The notes: generated by a model from the sequence alone, not told the origin. Numbered from the stretch's first letter, positions 8,976 through 18,984 are shown. The stretch: DNA of 30,917 nt from a candidate division WOR-3 bacterium (GCA_037441285.1 JBBISL010000022.1:1-30917); one strand, 5' to 3'. Program-made: numbers and translations.

Positions 8976-9872
8976 TTATCCGAACACAACAAGGAGGGCG
9001 CCTGCGAAGGCGATGACGATGGCGACGATTTTTCTTATGGTGATTGGTTCTTTTAGCAGAAGCGCAGCGAGGATAAAGATAAAGATGTTGCTGAGCTGAT
9101 TTAGGGGCGCAGCAATTGATACCCGGGTGAATTTCATGCCACCCAGCCATACCGTAAGGGCAAGGTAGGTGCCCAGGATAGTGGCAAGAATCGGGTAGCC
9201 AATGCCTTTCTGGATAAATAGGGAAGTAAGCAGTACCCGGCGTTCGGGAAGGAGTAGGGTAATGGTGAAAAGGCTGATAAGTGCAGCAAGAAGGCGAATT
9301 AGTGTTACCCAGAGTATGGAGTTTTGGGCAAGAAGCGGTTTGATGATGATAACGCCGATTGCGGTGGCAAGGGTTGAGAGAACACCAAGAAGGATGCCGC
9401 TTAACAGGCGGCCACGGGTGAGGTTTTGGGGTAGTTCAATGCGGGTGGCGGTTAAAAGGGCAGCAAGTATCAAAAAGATACCGATGAACTGGAATGGGGA
9501 TAGGGTTTCTTTGAGAAGCAAAATGGATAAAATGACGAGTGCCGGGCTATACATATAACTGACAATCGCCGAAAGGCTGGCGCCGATTCGGTTCAAACTG
9601 GCGAAGAATAGGGTGTCACCAATTGCTATTCCGAGAATGCCGCTGGCAATAAAACAGGCATAATCGTGAGGCGATAATCGGGGAAGTAATGGTTGGCGCA
9701 CAAGAACGATGGTGGGGACGAGAAGGATGGTGGCAAGGAGGTTTTTAAAGATGTTGAGGGGCAGGGGGTGTCGGGTTTCACCACTTTTTTTGAACAAAAT
9801 GACAGCGAACGCCCAGAAAAGGGCGCTGAGCAGCGCCAGTATTTCGCCTAAGTAAGGGAGTCTCAAAGGCAC
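8976..9872 (-). CDS. DMT/EamA family transporter
   Basis: About 10 hydrophobic helices in two EamA-like repeats (GEILALLSALFWA..; GILLGVLSTL..; LLKE..). GTG start with GAGG. Confidence 0.9.
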   Translation of the reverse strand: MPLRLPYLGEILALLSALFWAFAVILFKKSGETRHPLPLNIFKNLLATILLVPTIVLVRQPLLPRLSPHDYACFIASGILGIAIGDTLFFASLNRIGASLSAIVSYMYSPALVILSILLLKETLSPFQFIGIFLILAALLTATRIELPQNLTRGRLLSGILLGVLSTLATAIGVIIIKPLLAQNSILWVTLIRLLAALISLFTITLLLPERRVLLTSLFIQKGIGYPILATILGTYLALTVWLGGMKFTRVSIAAPLNQLSNIFIFILAALLLKEPITIRKIVAIVIAFAGALLVVFG

Positions 9873-9888
9873 ATTTGCCTCATTGGGG

Positions 9889-9961
9889 ATTGTATTCTTC
9901 TGCTATCGGATGTCAAATAGACGGTCGCAGTGGTTGACAGAGGCTGAATTTGTGGCAATCT
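9889..9961. promoter_or_regulatory. Back-to-back divergent promoters for eamA (-) and glnA (+)
   Basis: Minus strand: TTGACA(9911-9916)-16-TACAAT(9889-9894). Plus strand: TTGACA(9934-9939)-16-CAATCT(9956-9961), with the ATG 7 nt later. Confidence 0.6.
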
Positions 9962-9968
9962 TACAACT

Positions 9969-11348
9969 ATGAAAAGGATTAAAGATGTGGTCGGGGAGCA
10001 GAAGGTTAAGTTTTTTGATTTAAAGTATTGTGACCTTTGGGGCAGATTGCGTCATATCACCTTGCCAATAGAACGGTTTGAAGAGATAGTGGAGAGCGGG
10101 GTTGGTTTTGACAGTTCTTCGGTTGCTGGATTCGGAAAGGTTGAGGGAAGCGATATGATTTTGAAACCGGATCTGAATTCGGCGTTTGTTGAGCCTTTTG
10201 CCCAGGAGCCGACGGTTTCCTGTTTTGCCGAAATTTACGACGCCCAAACCGGCGAGCGTTATGGAAATGACCCGCGATTTATTCTCGAGAAGGCGGTTGC
10301 GGTTATAAAGGATGCGGTGGGTTGCGATGATGTTATGGTTCGGCCCGAATTCGAGTTCTACCTTTTTAATTCAGCCGAGTTCTGGACCGATGAGACATCG
10401 GCTACCTACAAGATTGAGACCGATGAGTTAAAGCACGATGACCAGACCGGAGTGGCACTTTTTAAGGGCAGCGCCTATGAGGTCGCGCCCCCATTTGACC
10501 GGAGTAGTGATTTTCGTTCGGAACTGGCGGGTTTAATGGCAAGTTGTGGCATTAATGTAAAATATCACCATCATGAGGGCGGGAGGTTTTCGCAGGTTGA
10601 GGTGGAGCCTGTTTTTATGCCGGCGTTCAAAGCCGGGGACGGTGTGATTTTGACGAAGTATCTGGTGCGTAATCTGGCTTTCCGGCAGGGAAAAAGCGCA
10701 ACATTTATGCCCAAGCCAATTTACAATGAGCCAGGTTCCGGGATGCATATCCATCTCTACCTTTACCGTGCCGGAGTTTCCCTTTTTGGTGATAGTAAGA
10801 GTTTAACCGGGTTGTCACAACTGGCGCTTTACTTTATCGGCGGGATAATTGAACACCTCCGTTCGCTGTGCGCCCTGACCAATGCCAGCACAAATTCTTA
10901 TCGGCGGTTAGTTCCGGGTTATGAAGCACCAACCGAGGCGTTTTTCGGGATTGCCAATCGGACTGCAGCGATTCGCATTCCCGGTTACATAAGAGGAACA
11001 AGGAAGATGGCAATTGAGTTTCGGGTGCCAGACGCGAGCGCAAATCCTTATCTGGCACTGGCAGCGGTACTACTCGCCGGACTGGATGGGGTAAAAAAGC
11101 AGATTGACCCGGGTTTGCCTGTTTCCGGACGGGGTGGAACAAAGGAGATGCGTTCGCGCGGTAAACCAGTTCCCAATTCGCTGGCAGAGGCTTTAAAGGA
11201 GCTGGAGCGGGACAATACTTATTTAGTTGAACCAGGGGCATTTCAAAAAGAGACGATTGAGAAGTGGATTAGTTTGAAGATGCGGGAGGTCGAGGCGGTC
11301 GGAAGAAGACCACATCCCTGGGAGTTTAACCTTTATTACGGGTGTTAA
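9969..11348 (+). CDS. glnA: Glutamine synthetase type I
   Basis: FDSSS..GF..SDMILKPD, PEFEFYLF, HHHE, ATFMPKP..GSGMHIH, NSYRRLVPGYEAP, NRTAAIRIP, IEFRVPD..ANPYLA, RPHPWEF.LYY. Confidence 0.95.
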   Translation: MKRIKDVVGEQKVKFFDLKYCDLWGRLRHITLPIERFEEIVESGVGFDSSSVAGFGKVEGSDMILKPDLNSAFVEPFAQEPTVSCFAEIYDAQTGERYGNDPRFILEKAVAVIKDAVGCDDVMVRPEFEFYLFNSAEFWTDETSATYKIETDELKHDDQTGVALFKGSAYEVAPPFDRSSDFRSELAGLMASCGINVKYHHHEGGRFSQVEVEPVFMPAFKAGDGVILTKYLVRNLAFRQGKSATFMPKPIYNEPGSGMHIHLYLYRAGVSLFGDSKSLTGLSQLALYFIGGIIEHLRSLCALTNASTNSYRRLVPGYEAPTEAFFGIANRTAAIRIPGYIRGTRKMAIEFRVPDASANPYLALAAVLLAGLDGVKKQIDPGLPVSGRGGTKEMRSRGKPVPNSLAEALKELERDNTYLVEPGAFQKETIEKWISLKMREVEAVGRRPHPWEFNLYYGC

Positions 11349-11361
11349 GAAAGGAGAAGGT

Positions 11362-11742
11362 ATGAAGCAGGCGGTGTTCAGTGACCAGGCACCAAAGCCG
11401 GTAGGCCCTTACAGTCAGGCGGTAATCGCTGGCCCACTGGTGTGGGGTTCCGGGCAGATTGGCATTGACCCCAAAACCGGATTGCTGGTTGAAGGGCTGG
11501 AACAGCAAACCGAACAGATTTTTAAGAATCTGAAGGTGGTGCTTGAAAAGGCGGGTAGTGGGTTGGACCAGGTTATAAAAGCGACAGTTTTTATCACGAG
11601 TATGAACGATTTTGCCAAGGTGAATGAGATTTATACCCGCTTTTTTAAGGAGCCGTTTCCGGCAAGGTCAACCGTGGAGGTCGGAGCGCTACCCAAGGGC
11701 GCACTGGTTGAAATTGAGGTTGTTGCCACGCGGCGGGAGTAG
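11362..11742 (+). CDS. ridA: RidA/YjgF/UK114 family deaminase
   Basis: APKPVGPYSQA, SGQIG, FAKVNEIY..FF..PFPARSTVEVGALPKGALVEIE. AAGGAG SD. Confidence 0.93.
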   Translation: MKQAVFSDQAPKPVGPYSQAVIAGPLVWGSGQIGIDPKTGLLVEGLEQQTEQIFKNLKVVLEKAGSGLDQVIKATVFITSMNDFAKVNEIYTRFFKEPFPARSTVEVGALPKGALVEIEVVATRRE

Positions 11743-11841
11743 CTATAGGCGGATTTAGGTGAGTTATGGACAGGTGCTTGCGACCGCGCTTGTCTTATAA
11801 GCGGTTGTTGGGGTTGTAGGTGCTGTTTTTTGTGGCAAACG

Positions 11842-11877
11842 CCCTCACCCTGACCTTCTCCCGCAGGGGGAGAGGGG
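11842..11877 (+). repeat. CCCTCACCC-type REP-like palindromic element
   Basis: CCCTCACCCTGACCTTCTCCC-GCAGG-GGGAGAGGGG, an imperfect hairpin resembling the widespread CCCTCACCC..CTCTCCC..GGGAGAGGG intergenic repeats. Confidence 0.7.
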
Positions 11878-11882
11878 AGTTG

Positions 11883-12878
11883 ATGGGGTTGTTGTTGCTG
11901 TCTGTGGCAATGGCACCAGTTAAGGAGGTAATGGCGTGGGATGATGAGGTAATCAGGGCGCGCGATTTGTGCTACCTACAGAATTATCAGGAGGCGCAAC
12001 AAAGAGTAAGTGGTTTAATATGTCAGGACAAGGATGACCCGGCAGGACTGTTCTGGCAGGCGTGTCTTTTGCAGATGCTCATCTACGATTCAGGAAATGC
12101 CGGGCTTTTAGACTCTTTTTATCGGACAAGTGACCGGGTGGTAGGGTTGTGCCGGAAGAGGCTGGAACGTTCGCCGCACGATGCCCGGGCGTGGTTGTAC
12201 TGGGGGTTGACTGAACTGAATCGGGCAAACTGTTTGAGCTGGCAAAACAGGAAGTTGCTAGCATTTATGACAATGCTCAAGGTGCCGGGTCGTTTGCATC
12301 GGGCGCTGGAATTAGAGCCCGAGCTAGCAGACGCACGGTTCGGGTTAGGGGTAATTGAATATTTTAAAGCGACCGCGGACCGGTACTGTTTTGGGCTGGG
12401 GTTGATTGGTTCTCGAGCGCGGGCTTATGAGCTGGTACAGGAGGCGCAGCGCAAAGGCGTTTTGATGGTTCCGATGGCAGAGTTCCTATTAGGTTTTATG
12501 ATGAAGGAGGATAAACTTTATAGCGGAGCGGTGAAGTGCTGTGAGCGGCTGCTTGCCCGGTATCCTGGTAATCGAGCCGCGCGGCGGTTGTTGCGGGATG
12601 TGTATCTGGATATGAACCGATGTCAGGATGCAATTGTGGTTGGCAAAGGACTGGAAGAGGACATTCGCAAACAGTTTCCCGACAATCGCTACGGTCTTGC
12701 CGAAAACTGGTTGAAGATGGCCTATGCCTGGGAGAAGTTGAATCAGCCGGATAGTGTGCGTGTGTACAGTGAACGGATTATCGCCTGGGAGGGTTTCCAA
12801 AATCGGGTGCCCTGGATGCAGAACTATGTGCGGGAGGCAAAGGAATTGAAGGAGCGGGTGCAGCGCAGGAAGAAATAA
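11883..12878 (+). CDS. Exported tetratricopeptide-repeat protein
   Basis: Short signal-like N-terminus MGLLLLSVAMA and TPR-like segments (RALELEPELADARFGLG; LLARYPGN). Start moved from the track's GTG 11820 because that extension merely translates the REP element. Confidence 0.75.
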   Translation: MGLLLLSVAMAPVKEVMAWDDEVIRARDLCYLQNYQEAQQRVSGLICQDKDDPAGLFWQACLLQMLIYDSGNAGLLDSFYRTSDRVVGLCRKRLERSPHDARAWLYWGLTELNRANCLSWQNRKLLAFMTMLKVPGRLHRALELEPELADARFGLGVIEYFKATADRYCFGLGLIGSRARAYELVQEAQRKGVLMVPMAEFLLGFMMKEDKLYSGAVKCCERLLARYPGNRAARRLLRDVYLDMNRCQDAIVVGKGLEEDIRKQFPDNRYGLAENWLKMAYAWEKLNQPDSVRVYSERIIAWEGFQNRVPWMQNYVREAKELKERVQRRKK

Positions 12879-12913
12879 ATCATTTGGGTAAAGGCAAGGA
12901 CAAAGCGTCAGGG

Positions 12914-13369
12914 ATGGAAGACACAAAGTGCGGTGTTATGGTGGTTGGGGTCGGTAATCAATGGCGGGGTGACGACGGCGTTGGCTGTCGAGTTGCCCAT
13001 CTTTTGCAGGAACAGGGGGTGCGGGCGGTTGATGCCGGTACCGTTCCCGAGAATTTTCTGGGTGTAATCGAGCGAGCGAACCCGGAACGGGTGCTTTTAG
13101 TTGATGCCTGCGATTTTGGAGCAGTAGCGGGAGAGTTCAGGATTTTTGCGGCGGAAGAGCTTGACCGGTTGAATTTGAAAGGTTTTTCAACTCATACGCT
13201 GCCTTTGAGTATGCTGGCAAGGTTGATAACCGAAACCTGTGGTGCCCGAGTCTGGTTGTTGGGGGTTCAACCGGGAAGAGTGGCGCTGGGTGAAGGACTT
13301 TCCGGTCCGGTCGAAGCCGCCTTACCGCGAATAATCGATTTTGTCCGGCAGTGGCTGAAAGGATGTTAG
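12914..13369 (+). CDS. Hydrogenase maturation protease (HycI/HybD family, peptidase A31)
   Basis: GVGN..RGDDGVG, AGTVPENF, LLVDACDFG..GE, STHTLPL, LLGVQP..GEGLS..V. Confidence 0.9.
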   Translation: MEDTKCGVMVVGVGNQWRGDDGVGCRVAHLLQEQGVRAVDAGTVPENFLGVIERANPERVLLVDACDFGAVAGEFRIFAAEELDRLNLKGFSTHTLPLSMLARLITETCGARVWLLGVQPGRVALGEGLSGPVEAALPRIIDFVRQWLKGC

Positions 13370-13370
13370 G

Positions 13371-14687
13371 CTACTGGCGGCGATAGCCAAGGGTGTAAAG
13401 TTTTTTCACACCGCGGCGGTGAATCGCATTGCGAGTATCAAGAATCAGTTTACTCTCTTTGAGAATAAGGTCGTAGTCAAAACAGGAGTGGTCGGTGAGA
13501 ATCAAAACACAATCTGCCTGCCGGATTATTGCCGGAGTCAGCGGTTTCGCCCGGAACTTTTTGCCGTTGATCTGAATCTCCAGTACATAAGGGTCGATGT
13601 AGTCAATTTTCTGAACTTTGTCCTGAAGGAGTTCCATTACCTTGATTGCCGGTGAGTGCCGGGTGTCTTCAACATTGCGTTTAAAGGCGGCACCAAGGAT
13701 TAGAAGTTTTGCCTTTTTTGCTGCCACGCCGTTTGTGCCGAGAATTTCAAACAGACGGTCAACGACGAAGAAGGGCATCGCTTCATTGGTTTCAGCTGCC
13801 AGTTCGATGAAGTTGGAGTGAAAGTCAAACTCCCGTGCTTTCCAGGCAAGGTAGTAGGGGTCAATCAGAATGCAATGGCCCCCGATACCCGGTCCTGGAT
13901 AAAAGGGCATAAAGCCAAACGGTTTGGTTGCCGCGGCATTGATGACCTCCCAGATGTCGATGTTGCCCATCCGGTCACACATTCGGGCGAGTTCATTGAC
14001 CAGCGCGATGTTGACGCTGCGAAAGATGTTTTCGAGTAGCTTCGACATCTCGGCGACGCGCGGTGATGATACCGGTACCACTTTGTCAACAAACTGGCGG
14101 TAAAACAGGGCGGTCAATTCGGTGCATTTTCGGGTAACACCGCCGACGACAATCGGTGTGGTGCGGGTAGTCCAGACACGGTTACCGGGGTCAATGCGCT
14201 CCGGAGCAAAGGAAAGGTAGAAATCTTTCCCAACTTTTAAACCGGTTGCTTCGAGGATGGGCAGAAGGATTTTTTCCGTGGTTTCCGGATAGGTGGTGCT
14301 GCGGAGGACGATAAGCTTACCCGGTTTGAGGTAGCGGGCAATAGATTTGCCGGCTTCGATGATGTATGAGACATCAGGGTCTTTGGAAGCGGTAAACGGG
14401 GTCGGCACACAGATATTGATGATGTCAGCATCGCGGCACACCTGATAGTTTTTTGTTGCCCGGAGTTTGCCCGCCTTGACTACTTCAGCCAGTTCGCTGG
14501 ACGGAACATCGCCGATGAAGCTTTCACCGCGGTTTACCGCCTGTACTTTGTTTTCATCTATGTCGATGCCAATAGTGTCGTAGTTGCTGCGGGCAATTTC
14601 CAGTGCCAGCGGTAATCCCACATAGCCGATGCCGATAATCGCCACCTTTGCCTGTTTATTTACGATTTTTTCGGTGAGTTTTTTCAT
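13371..14687 (-). CDS. Nucleotide-sugar dehydrogenase (UDP-GlcNAc/UDP-ManNAc 6-dehydrogenase, WbpA/WecC-like)
   Basis: GIGYVGLPLA, ICVPTP, STTYP, PERIDPGN, AEMSKLLENIFRSVNIALVNE, GPGIGGHCI, DTRHSP. AAGGAG SD before the ATG at 14687. Confidence 0.93.
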   Translation of the reverse strand: MKKLTEKIVNKQAKVAIIGIGYVGLPLALEIARSNYDTIGIDIDENKVQAVNRGESFIGDVPSSELAEVVKAGKLRATKNYQVCRDADIINICVPTPFTASKDPDVSYIIEAGKSIARYLKPGKLIVLRSTTYPETTEKILLPILEATGLKVGKDFYLSFAPERIDPGNRVWTTRTTPIVVGGVTRKCTELTALFYRQFVDKVVPVSSPRVAEMSKLLENIFRSVNIALVNELARMCDRMGNIDIWEVINAAATKPFGFMPFYPGPGIGGHCILIDPYYLAWKAREFDFHSNFIELAAETNEAMPFFVVDRLFEILGTNGVAAKKAKLLILGAAFKRNVEDTRHSPAIKVMELLQDKVQKIDYIDPYVLEIQINGKKFRAKPLTPAIIRQADCVLILTDHSCFDYDLILKESKLILDTRNAIHRRGVKKLYTLGYRRQ

Positions 14688-14719
14688 TCGACTCCTTTCC
14701 ATTGATTTTCCTCCTTCCG

Positions 14720-16261
14720 TTATAATACACTGCGGTCAAAACTTCGATACTGCACCGCCTCGGTAAGGTGACTGGGTTGGATTGTTTCCGAGTTCTCGAG
14801 GTCGGCGATGGTCCGGGCAACCTTTAATATCCGATGATAAGCCCGGGTGGAAAGACCAAGGCGGTCAATGGCGGCGCGGAGAATCTCTTCGCCCTGCGGT
14901 GTTATCGGACAAAAACGTTTGATGAGGGCTGGTGTCATCTGGGCGTTGGCATATATCTTACGACGCAGATTCAGGGTGCGGAACCGTTCTTGCTGGATGG
15001 CGCGCGCCTGAGCCACCCGTTGCCGAATTGCGGCTGAGTCTTCGCTCGGGCGGCGCGTGGCAATTTCCGAGTATTTTAGTGCCGGGACTTCAATGTGAAT
15101 ATCGATGCGGTCAAGGAGCGGACCGGAAATCCGGCTGCGATAACGGCGAACTTTCAAGGGGGTACAGGTGCAGGAATGCCGCGGGTCACCAAGAAACCCA
15201 CAAGGGCAGGGGTTCATCGCACAGACCAGCATAAAGCGGGCGGGAAAGGTGATGGTGGAGCGCGCCCGACCGATGGTTACTTCACCATCTTCAAGCGGTT
15301 GACGGAGCGCTTCCAGGGCATCACGGTGAAACTCGGGTAGTTCATCGAGAAACAGGACACCGTTATGGGCAAGTGATACCTCTCCAGGCCGGGGTATAAC
15401 ACCGCCACCAATCAAACCTGATTCTGAGATGTTATGATGCGGCGCCCGGAAGGGCCGGGTCGCAACGATGGGAATGCCCTCGGGCAGTGTTCCGGCAACC
15501 GAATGGACTTTCGTTGCTTCCAGTGCTTCTTCAATAGTAAGGGGAGGCAGGATAGTGGGCAGGCGTCGGGCAAGCATCGTTTTACCACTGCCCGGTGGTC
15601 CAAGCATTAACACATTGTGTCCGCCCGCCGCAGCAATCTCCAGTGCCCGTTTGGCATGGGCGTGACCGTGGACTTCAGCAAAGTCCACATCAAATAGCGC
15701 GGCCCGGGCAAAAAGTTTTAGGGCATCAGTTTTCAGCGGGGTGATGGTGTCAGCACCATTCAAAAAGTTGATGGTATGTACGAGGGAGTTAAGCGGGAAA
15801 ACCGGCAGGTCAGGAACGAGTGCTGCCTCCACCGCGTTTTGTTCGGGTACCAAAATCCCTTTTGCTTTTGCCGCTCGTGCGGCAAGCGCCATCGCAACCG
15901 TTCCCCGAACCGGGCGTAGTGAGCCATTGAGAGAAAGTTCACCAAGGATTACATAGCCTTCAATGGCCGCAGGGGGAACGACACCAGATGCAGCAAGAAT
16001 GCCGAGGGCGATGGGAAGGTCAAAAGAGGGACCTTCTTTCTTAATATCGGCGGGTGCGAGGTTAACGGTGATGCGGCGGTTTGGGAAGAAAAGGCCCGAG
16101 TTTTTTATCGCCGCCTGGACGCGATGTTGCGACTCTTTAACCGCGGTGTCGGGCAAGCCCACGATGTTGAAGACTGGAATACCAGGGGCAACATCAGTTT
16201 CAACTGAAACGAGATATCCGTCAACCCCAAGGACGGCGCTAGAGAGTACGGTGGCAAGCAT
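14720..16261 (-). CDS. comM: YifB/ComM Mg-chelatase-like AAA+ ATPase
   Basis: [81 protein letters not shown]. Confidence 0.95.
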   Translation of the reverse strand: MLATVLSSAVLGVDGYLVSVETDVAPGIPVFNIVGLPDTAVKESQHRVQAAIKNSGLFFPNRRITVNLAPADIKKEGPSFDLPIALGILAASGVVPPAAIEGYVILGELSLNGSLRPVRGTVAMALAARAAKAKGILVPEQNAVEAALVPDLPVFPLNSLVHTINFLNGADTITPLKTDALKLFARAALFDVDFAEVHGHAHAKRALEIAAAGGHNVLMLGPPGSGKTMLARRLPTILPPLTIEEALEATKVHSVAGTLPEGIPIVATRPFRAPHHNISESGLIGGGVIPRPGEVSLAHNGVLFLDELPEFHRDALEALRQPLEDGEVTIGRARSTITFPARFMLVCAMNPCPCGFLGDPRHSCTCTPLKVRRYRSRISGPLLDRIDIHIEVPALKYSEIATRRPSEDSAAIRQRVAQARAIQQERFRTLNLRRKIYANAQMTPALIKRFCPITPQGEEILRAAIDRLGLSTRAYHRILKVARTIADLENSETIQPSHLTEAVQYRSFDRSVL

Positions 16262-16635
16262 CAGAATGCTCCGATAAGATGTTCGATTTCAATGTTGGTT
16301 GCCGAGCAAATGAGGCTGAGGACATCAAAACGGACCGGTTGATTTTCAAGGTTGTGACTGATGAGATACTCCTGGGCAAGTCGGAGCAACCGGCGTTGTT
16401 TGACCGCGGTGACCGCTTCAGCGGGTGTACCGAATTTTTCTGAAGAGCGGGTTTTAACTTCGACAAAGACAATGGTGTCGCCATCCTGACATACAATATC
16501 GATTTCGCCACGCCGGGAGCGATAATTGGTTGTCAGGATACGATAACCTTTATTGCTAAGAAAACGGCGGGCAAGTTGTTCGCCGGTTGCACCGAGTTCT
16601 TGGTAATTTTTACCGGTTTTATCCGGGTTATTCAT
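16261..16635 (-). CDS. yraN: YraN family (UPF0102) nuclease
   Basis: G..GE..A..FL..KGYRI..NYR...GEIDIV....[18 protein letters not shown] overlap with comM. Confidence 0.93.
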   Translation of the reverse strand: MNNPDKTGKNYQELGATGEQLARRFLSNKGYRILTTNYRSRRGEIDIVCQDGDTIVFVEVKTRSSEKFGTPAEAVTAVKQRRLLRLAQEYLISHNLENQPVRFDVLSLICSATNIEIEHLIGAF

Positions 16636-17281
16636 AAATCGCCGAAGACGGGCTGGAATTGTTTTGAATCATGGTTTTAATTGGTTCGAAGGTCCGGCGA
16701 TGAATTAAGGTGATGCCAAGTTGTTTGATCGCCTGAATGTGCTGGGGGGTTCCATAACCTTTGTGCTGAGCCAAGCCATAACCCGGGAACCGGCGGTCAA
16801 AACTTTCCATCAGTTCGTCGCGAAACACCTTGGCGATGATTGAGGCGCTGGCAATCGATAGACTCTTGTTGTCGCCGTCAATTATGCCCTGGCAGGGGAG
16901 GGGCAAATCAGGGATTTCCCAGCCATCAGCGATGACGAAAAGTTGTGCCGGGTTACCGGAATGGGCGAGTTTGGATTGGACTTGCATTACCGCCCGGCGC
17001 ATCGCGTAGAATGTTGCCTGGGCGATGTTGTAGCGGTCGATAAAGCGATGGCCGGCCGCGCCGATTGACCAGGCAAGGGCGCGGCGTTTTATGATGTCCG
17101 CCAGATACTTTCGGGTTGTTGGTGTCAGAATTTTGGAGTCACGGACTCCGGGGATTCTGGTGCCGGGCGATAGTACAACTGCCGCGGCAACTACCGGTCC
17201 AGCCAGCGCGCCCCTTCCCACCTCGTCAACACCACAGACAAGGTGGTTATTGCGCCACAGTTTCTGGTCGAGGTTTTTCAC
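16628..17281 (-). CDS. rnhB: Ribonuclease HII
   Basis: [52 protein letters not shown]. Start uncertain; GTG 17281 chosen, overlapping the rplS 3' end. Confidence 0.92.
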   Translation of the reverse strand: MKNLDQKLWRNNHLVCGVDEVGRGALAGPVVAAAVVLSPGTRIPGVRDSKILTPTTRKYLADIIKRRALAWSIGAAGHRFIDRYNIAQATFYAMRRAVMQVQSKLAHSGNPAQLFVIADGWEIPDLPLPCQGIIDGDNKSLSIASASIIAKVFRDELMESFDRRFPGYGLAQHKGYGTPQHIQAIKQLGITLIHRRTFEPIKTMIQNNSSPSSAIYE

Positions 17282-17639
17282 CGGGCTTATGTTCTTTGAG
17301 CGCCGCTTCGCGGCCACTTTTTTCACGCAGGTAGTACAGTTTTGCCCGGCGGACCTTGCTCTTACGGCGGATGTCAACCTTTGCAATCACCGGGGCGTTG
17401 ATAGGGAAGATGCGTTCAATTCCCACGCCGCGGCTAACCCGGCGTACCGTAAAGGTTTTACCTGCGCCTTTACCGCGAACGGCGATGACCGTTCCCCGAA
17501 ATACCTGAATCCGTTCTTTATCGCCTTCTTTTATCCGGATGTGGACATCAACCAGGTCACCCGGTTCCGGTAATGTTACCGGCGCAGTCGGTTGAGCAGT
17601 GGTCGACGGCTCGTTATCATTTTTCGGCTTCCGTGCCAT
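17247..17639 (-). CDS. rplS: 50S ribosomal protein L19
   Basis: PGD.V.V...[52 protein letters not shown] before the ATG at 17639. Confidence 0.95.
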   Translation of the reverse strand: MARKPKNDNEPSTTAQPTAPVTLPEPGDLVDVHIRIKEGDKERIQVFRGTVIAVRGKGAGKTFTVRRVSRGVGIERIFPINAPVIAKVDIRRKSKVRRAKLYYLREKSGREAALKEHKPGEKPRPETVAQ

Positions 17640-18369
17640 AAACAAACTCCTTTCCCAGAGATTTGCGGAGAAACTCCTGGTCTTCCGGGGTCAGGGTTAC
17701 TTTGTTTAACAAATCGGGTCGGCGTCGGGCGGTAGCGAGCAGTGCTTGTTCGCGGCGCCATTTTGCCACCGCCGCATGGTTACCGGAAATGAGAACTTCA
17801 GGCACCGCGAGTCCCCGGAATTCACGGGGGCGAGTGTAAAGAGGTGCATCAAGCAAGCCCTGGGCAAAAGAGTCGGTTGCGACCGAGTCTTCATCACCTA
17901 CGGCACCGGGAAGAAGCCGGGCGATGGCTTCAATGACAACCACCGCCGCGGCTTCTCCACCAGCAAGCACATAGTCGCCGATTGACACCTCTTCGTCAAC
18001 CAGCAAGACCCGGACGCGTTCATCTACCCCTTTGTATCGTCCGCAGATAAGGACAATATGAGGTAGCTCTTTGAGCCGGTGTGCCATCGCCTGGTCAAAC
18101 CTTTTGCCCTGCGGTGAGAGCAAAATTACCCGGGAGTCAGGTGTACGCACCGATTCGACCGCCTCACATATCGGCTCTGGTTTCATCACCATTCCAGCAC
18201 CGCCGCCAAACGGATAGTCGTCGACGGTGCGGTGCAAATCGGTGGTGAAGTCCCGGGGATTGACCAGATTGATTTCGAGAACCCCTTTTTCCCGGGCGAT
18301 TCTCGTGGGTCCGCAATCAAACGGTCCCGAGAAAAACTCCGGGAAAATGGTGACGATATGGACTCTCAC
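17617..18369 (-). CDS. trmD: tRNA (guanine37-N1)-methyltransferase
   Basis: [63 protein letters not shown]. Confidence 0.96.
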   Translation of the reverse strand: MRVHIVTIFPEFFSGPFDCGPTRIAREKGVLEINLVNPRDFTTDLHRTVDDYPFGGGAGMVMKPEPICEAVESVRTPDSRVILLSPQGKRFDQAMAHRLKELPHIVLICGRYKGVDERVRVLLVDEEVSIGDYVLAGGEAAAVVVIEAIARLLPGAVGDEDSVATDSFAQGLLDAPLYTRPREFRGLAVPEVLISGNHAAVAKWRREQALLATARRRPDLLNKVTLTPEDQEFLRKSLGKEFVYGTEAEK

Positions 18370-18422
18370 CGGCTTATTCCGTCCTCTTTTTAACTCAGCG
18401 CTGAAAAGAACAGGGGCGCGGG

Positions 18423-18659
18423 CTACTCAAGAATTTCCAGTTGTGCCCGCTTGCCCTGCTTCATTGCAGCCGCTGAGATAATCGCCCGGATTGATTTCGC
18501 GGTGCGACCTTCTTTGCCGATTACTTTGCCCAGGTCGCCCTGACCAACACGCAATTCGTAAATCAGCGTCTTTTCGCCCGCGATCTCTTTGACCTCAACA
18601 TGGTCTGGATGGTCAACGAGGGCTTTCGCGATGTATTCGATGAGTTCCTTCAGATTCAT
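18423..18659 (-). CDS. khpA: KH-domain RNA-binding protein KhpA (YlqC)
   Basis: [43 protein letters not shown] before the ATG at 18659. Confidence 0.92.
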   Translation of the reverse strand: MNLKELIEYIAKALVDHPDHVEVKEIAGEKTLIYELRVGQGDLGKVIGKEGRTAKSIRAIISAAAMKQGKRAQLEILE

Positions 18660-18672
18660 ACTACCTCCTTTG

Positions 18673-18984
18673 TTAGTTTGTAGGTTCTGTAGGCGGAACG
18701 AGGTCCGGTTGTACACCGGTTCCACCCTCTTCTGGAACCGATGAAACCGGAACCATTTTCCGATAACGTTTTATTAATCGGTCAACGGTATTAGAGGGTT
18801 GGGCTCCTCTGGATAGCCAGTAGTCCACCCGCTCAAGATTAAGTTTCAGTATTTTCCGGCGCGGGTCGTAATGGCCCAGCGCTTCGAGGTACTTGCTGTC
18901 GCGTGCCCGTCGCGAATCAATCGCGACCACTCGATAGGCCGGCTTATTACGAGCACCCAGACGCGTAAGTCGAATTTTGACCAA
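18673..18984 (-). CDS. rpsP: 30S ribosomal protein S16
   Basis: [48 protein letters not shown] start 6 nt after AGGAG. Confidence 0.95.
   Translation of the reverse strand: MVKIRLTRLGARNKPAYRVVAIDSRRARDSKYLEALGHYDPRRKILKLNLERVDYWLSRGAQPSNTVDRLIKRYRKMVPVSSVPEEGGTGVQPDLVPPTEPTN

Noticed and set aside
8836..9099. 87-aa plus-strand ORF, and similarly 22510-22899 and 2589-3098
   Set aside because: They mostly overlap well-supported opposite-strand genes and have no SD or recognisable motifs.
9911..9939. TGTCAA-N17-TTGACA as a nitrogen-regulator operator upstream of glnA
   Set aside because: Fully explained as two divergent -35 boxes. The spacing does not match the GlnR/TnrA TGTNA-N7-TNACA box.
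14720..17281. rnhB-yraN-comM linkage as a novel system
   Set aside because: This is a well-known conserved neighbourhood downstream of rplS.
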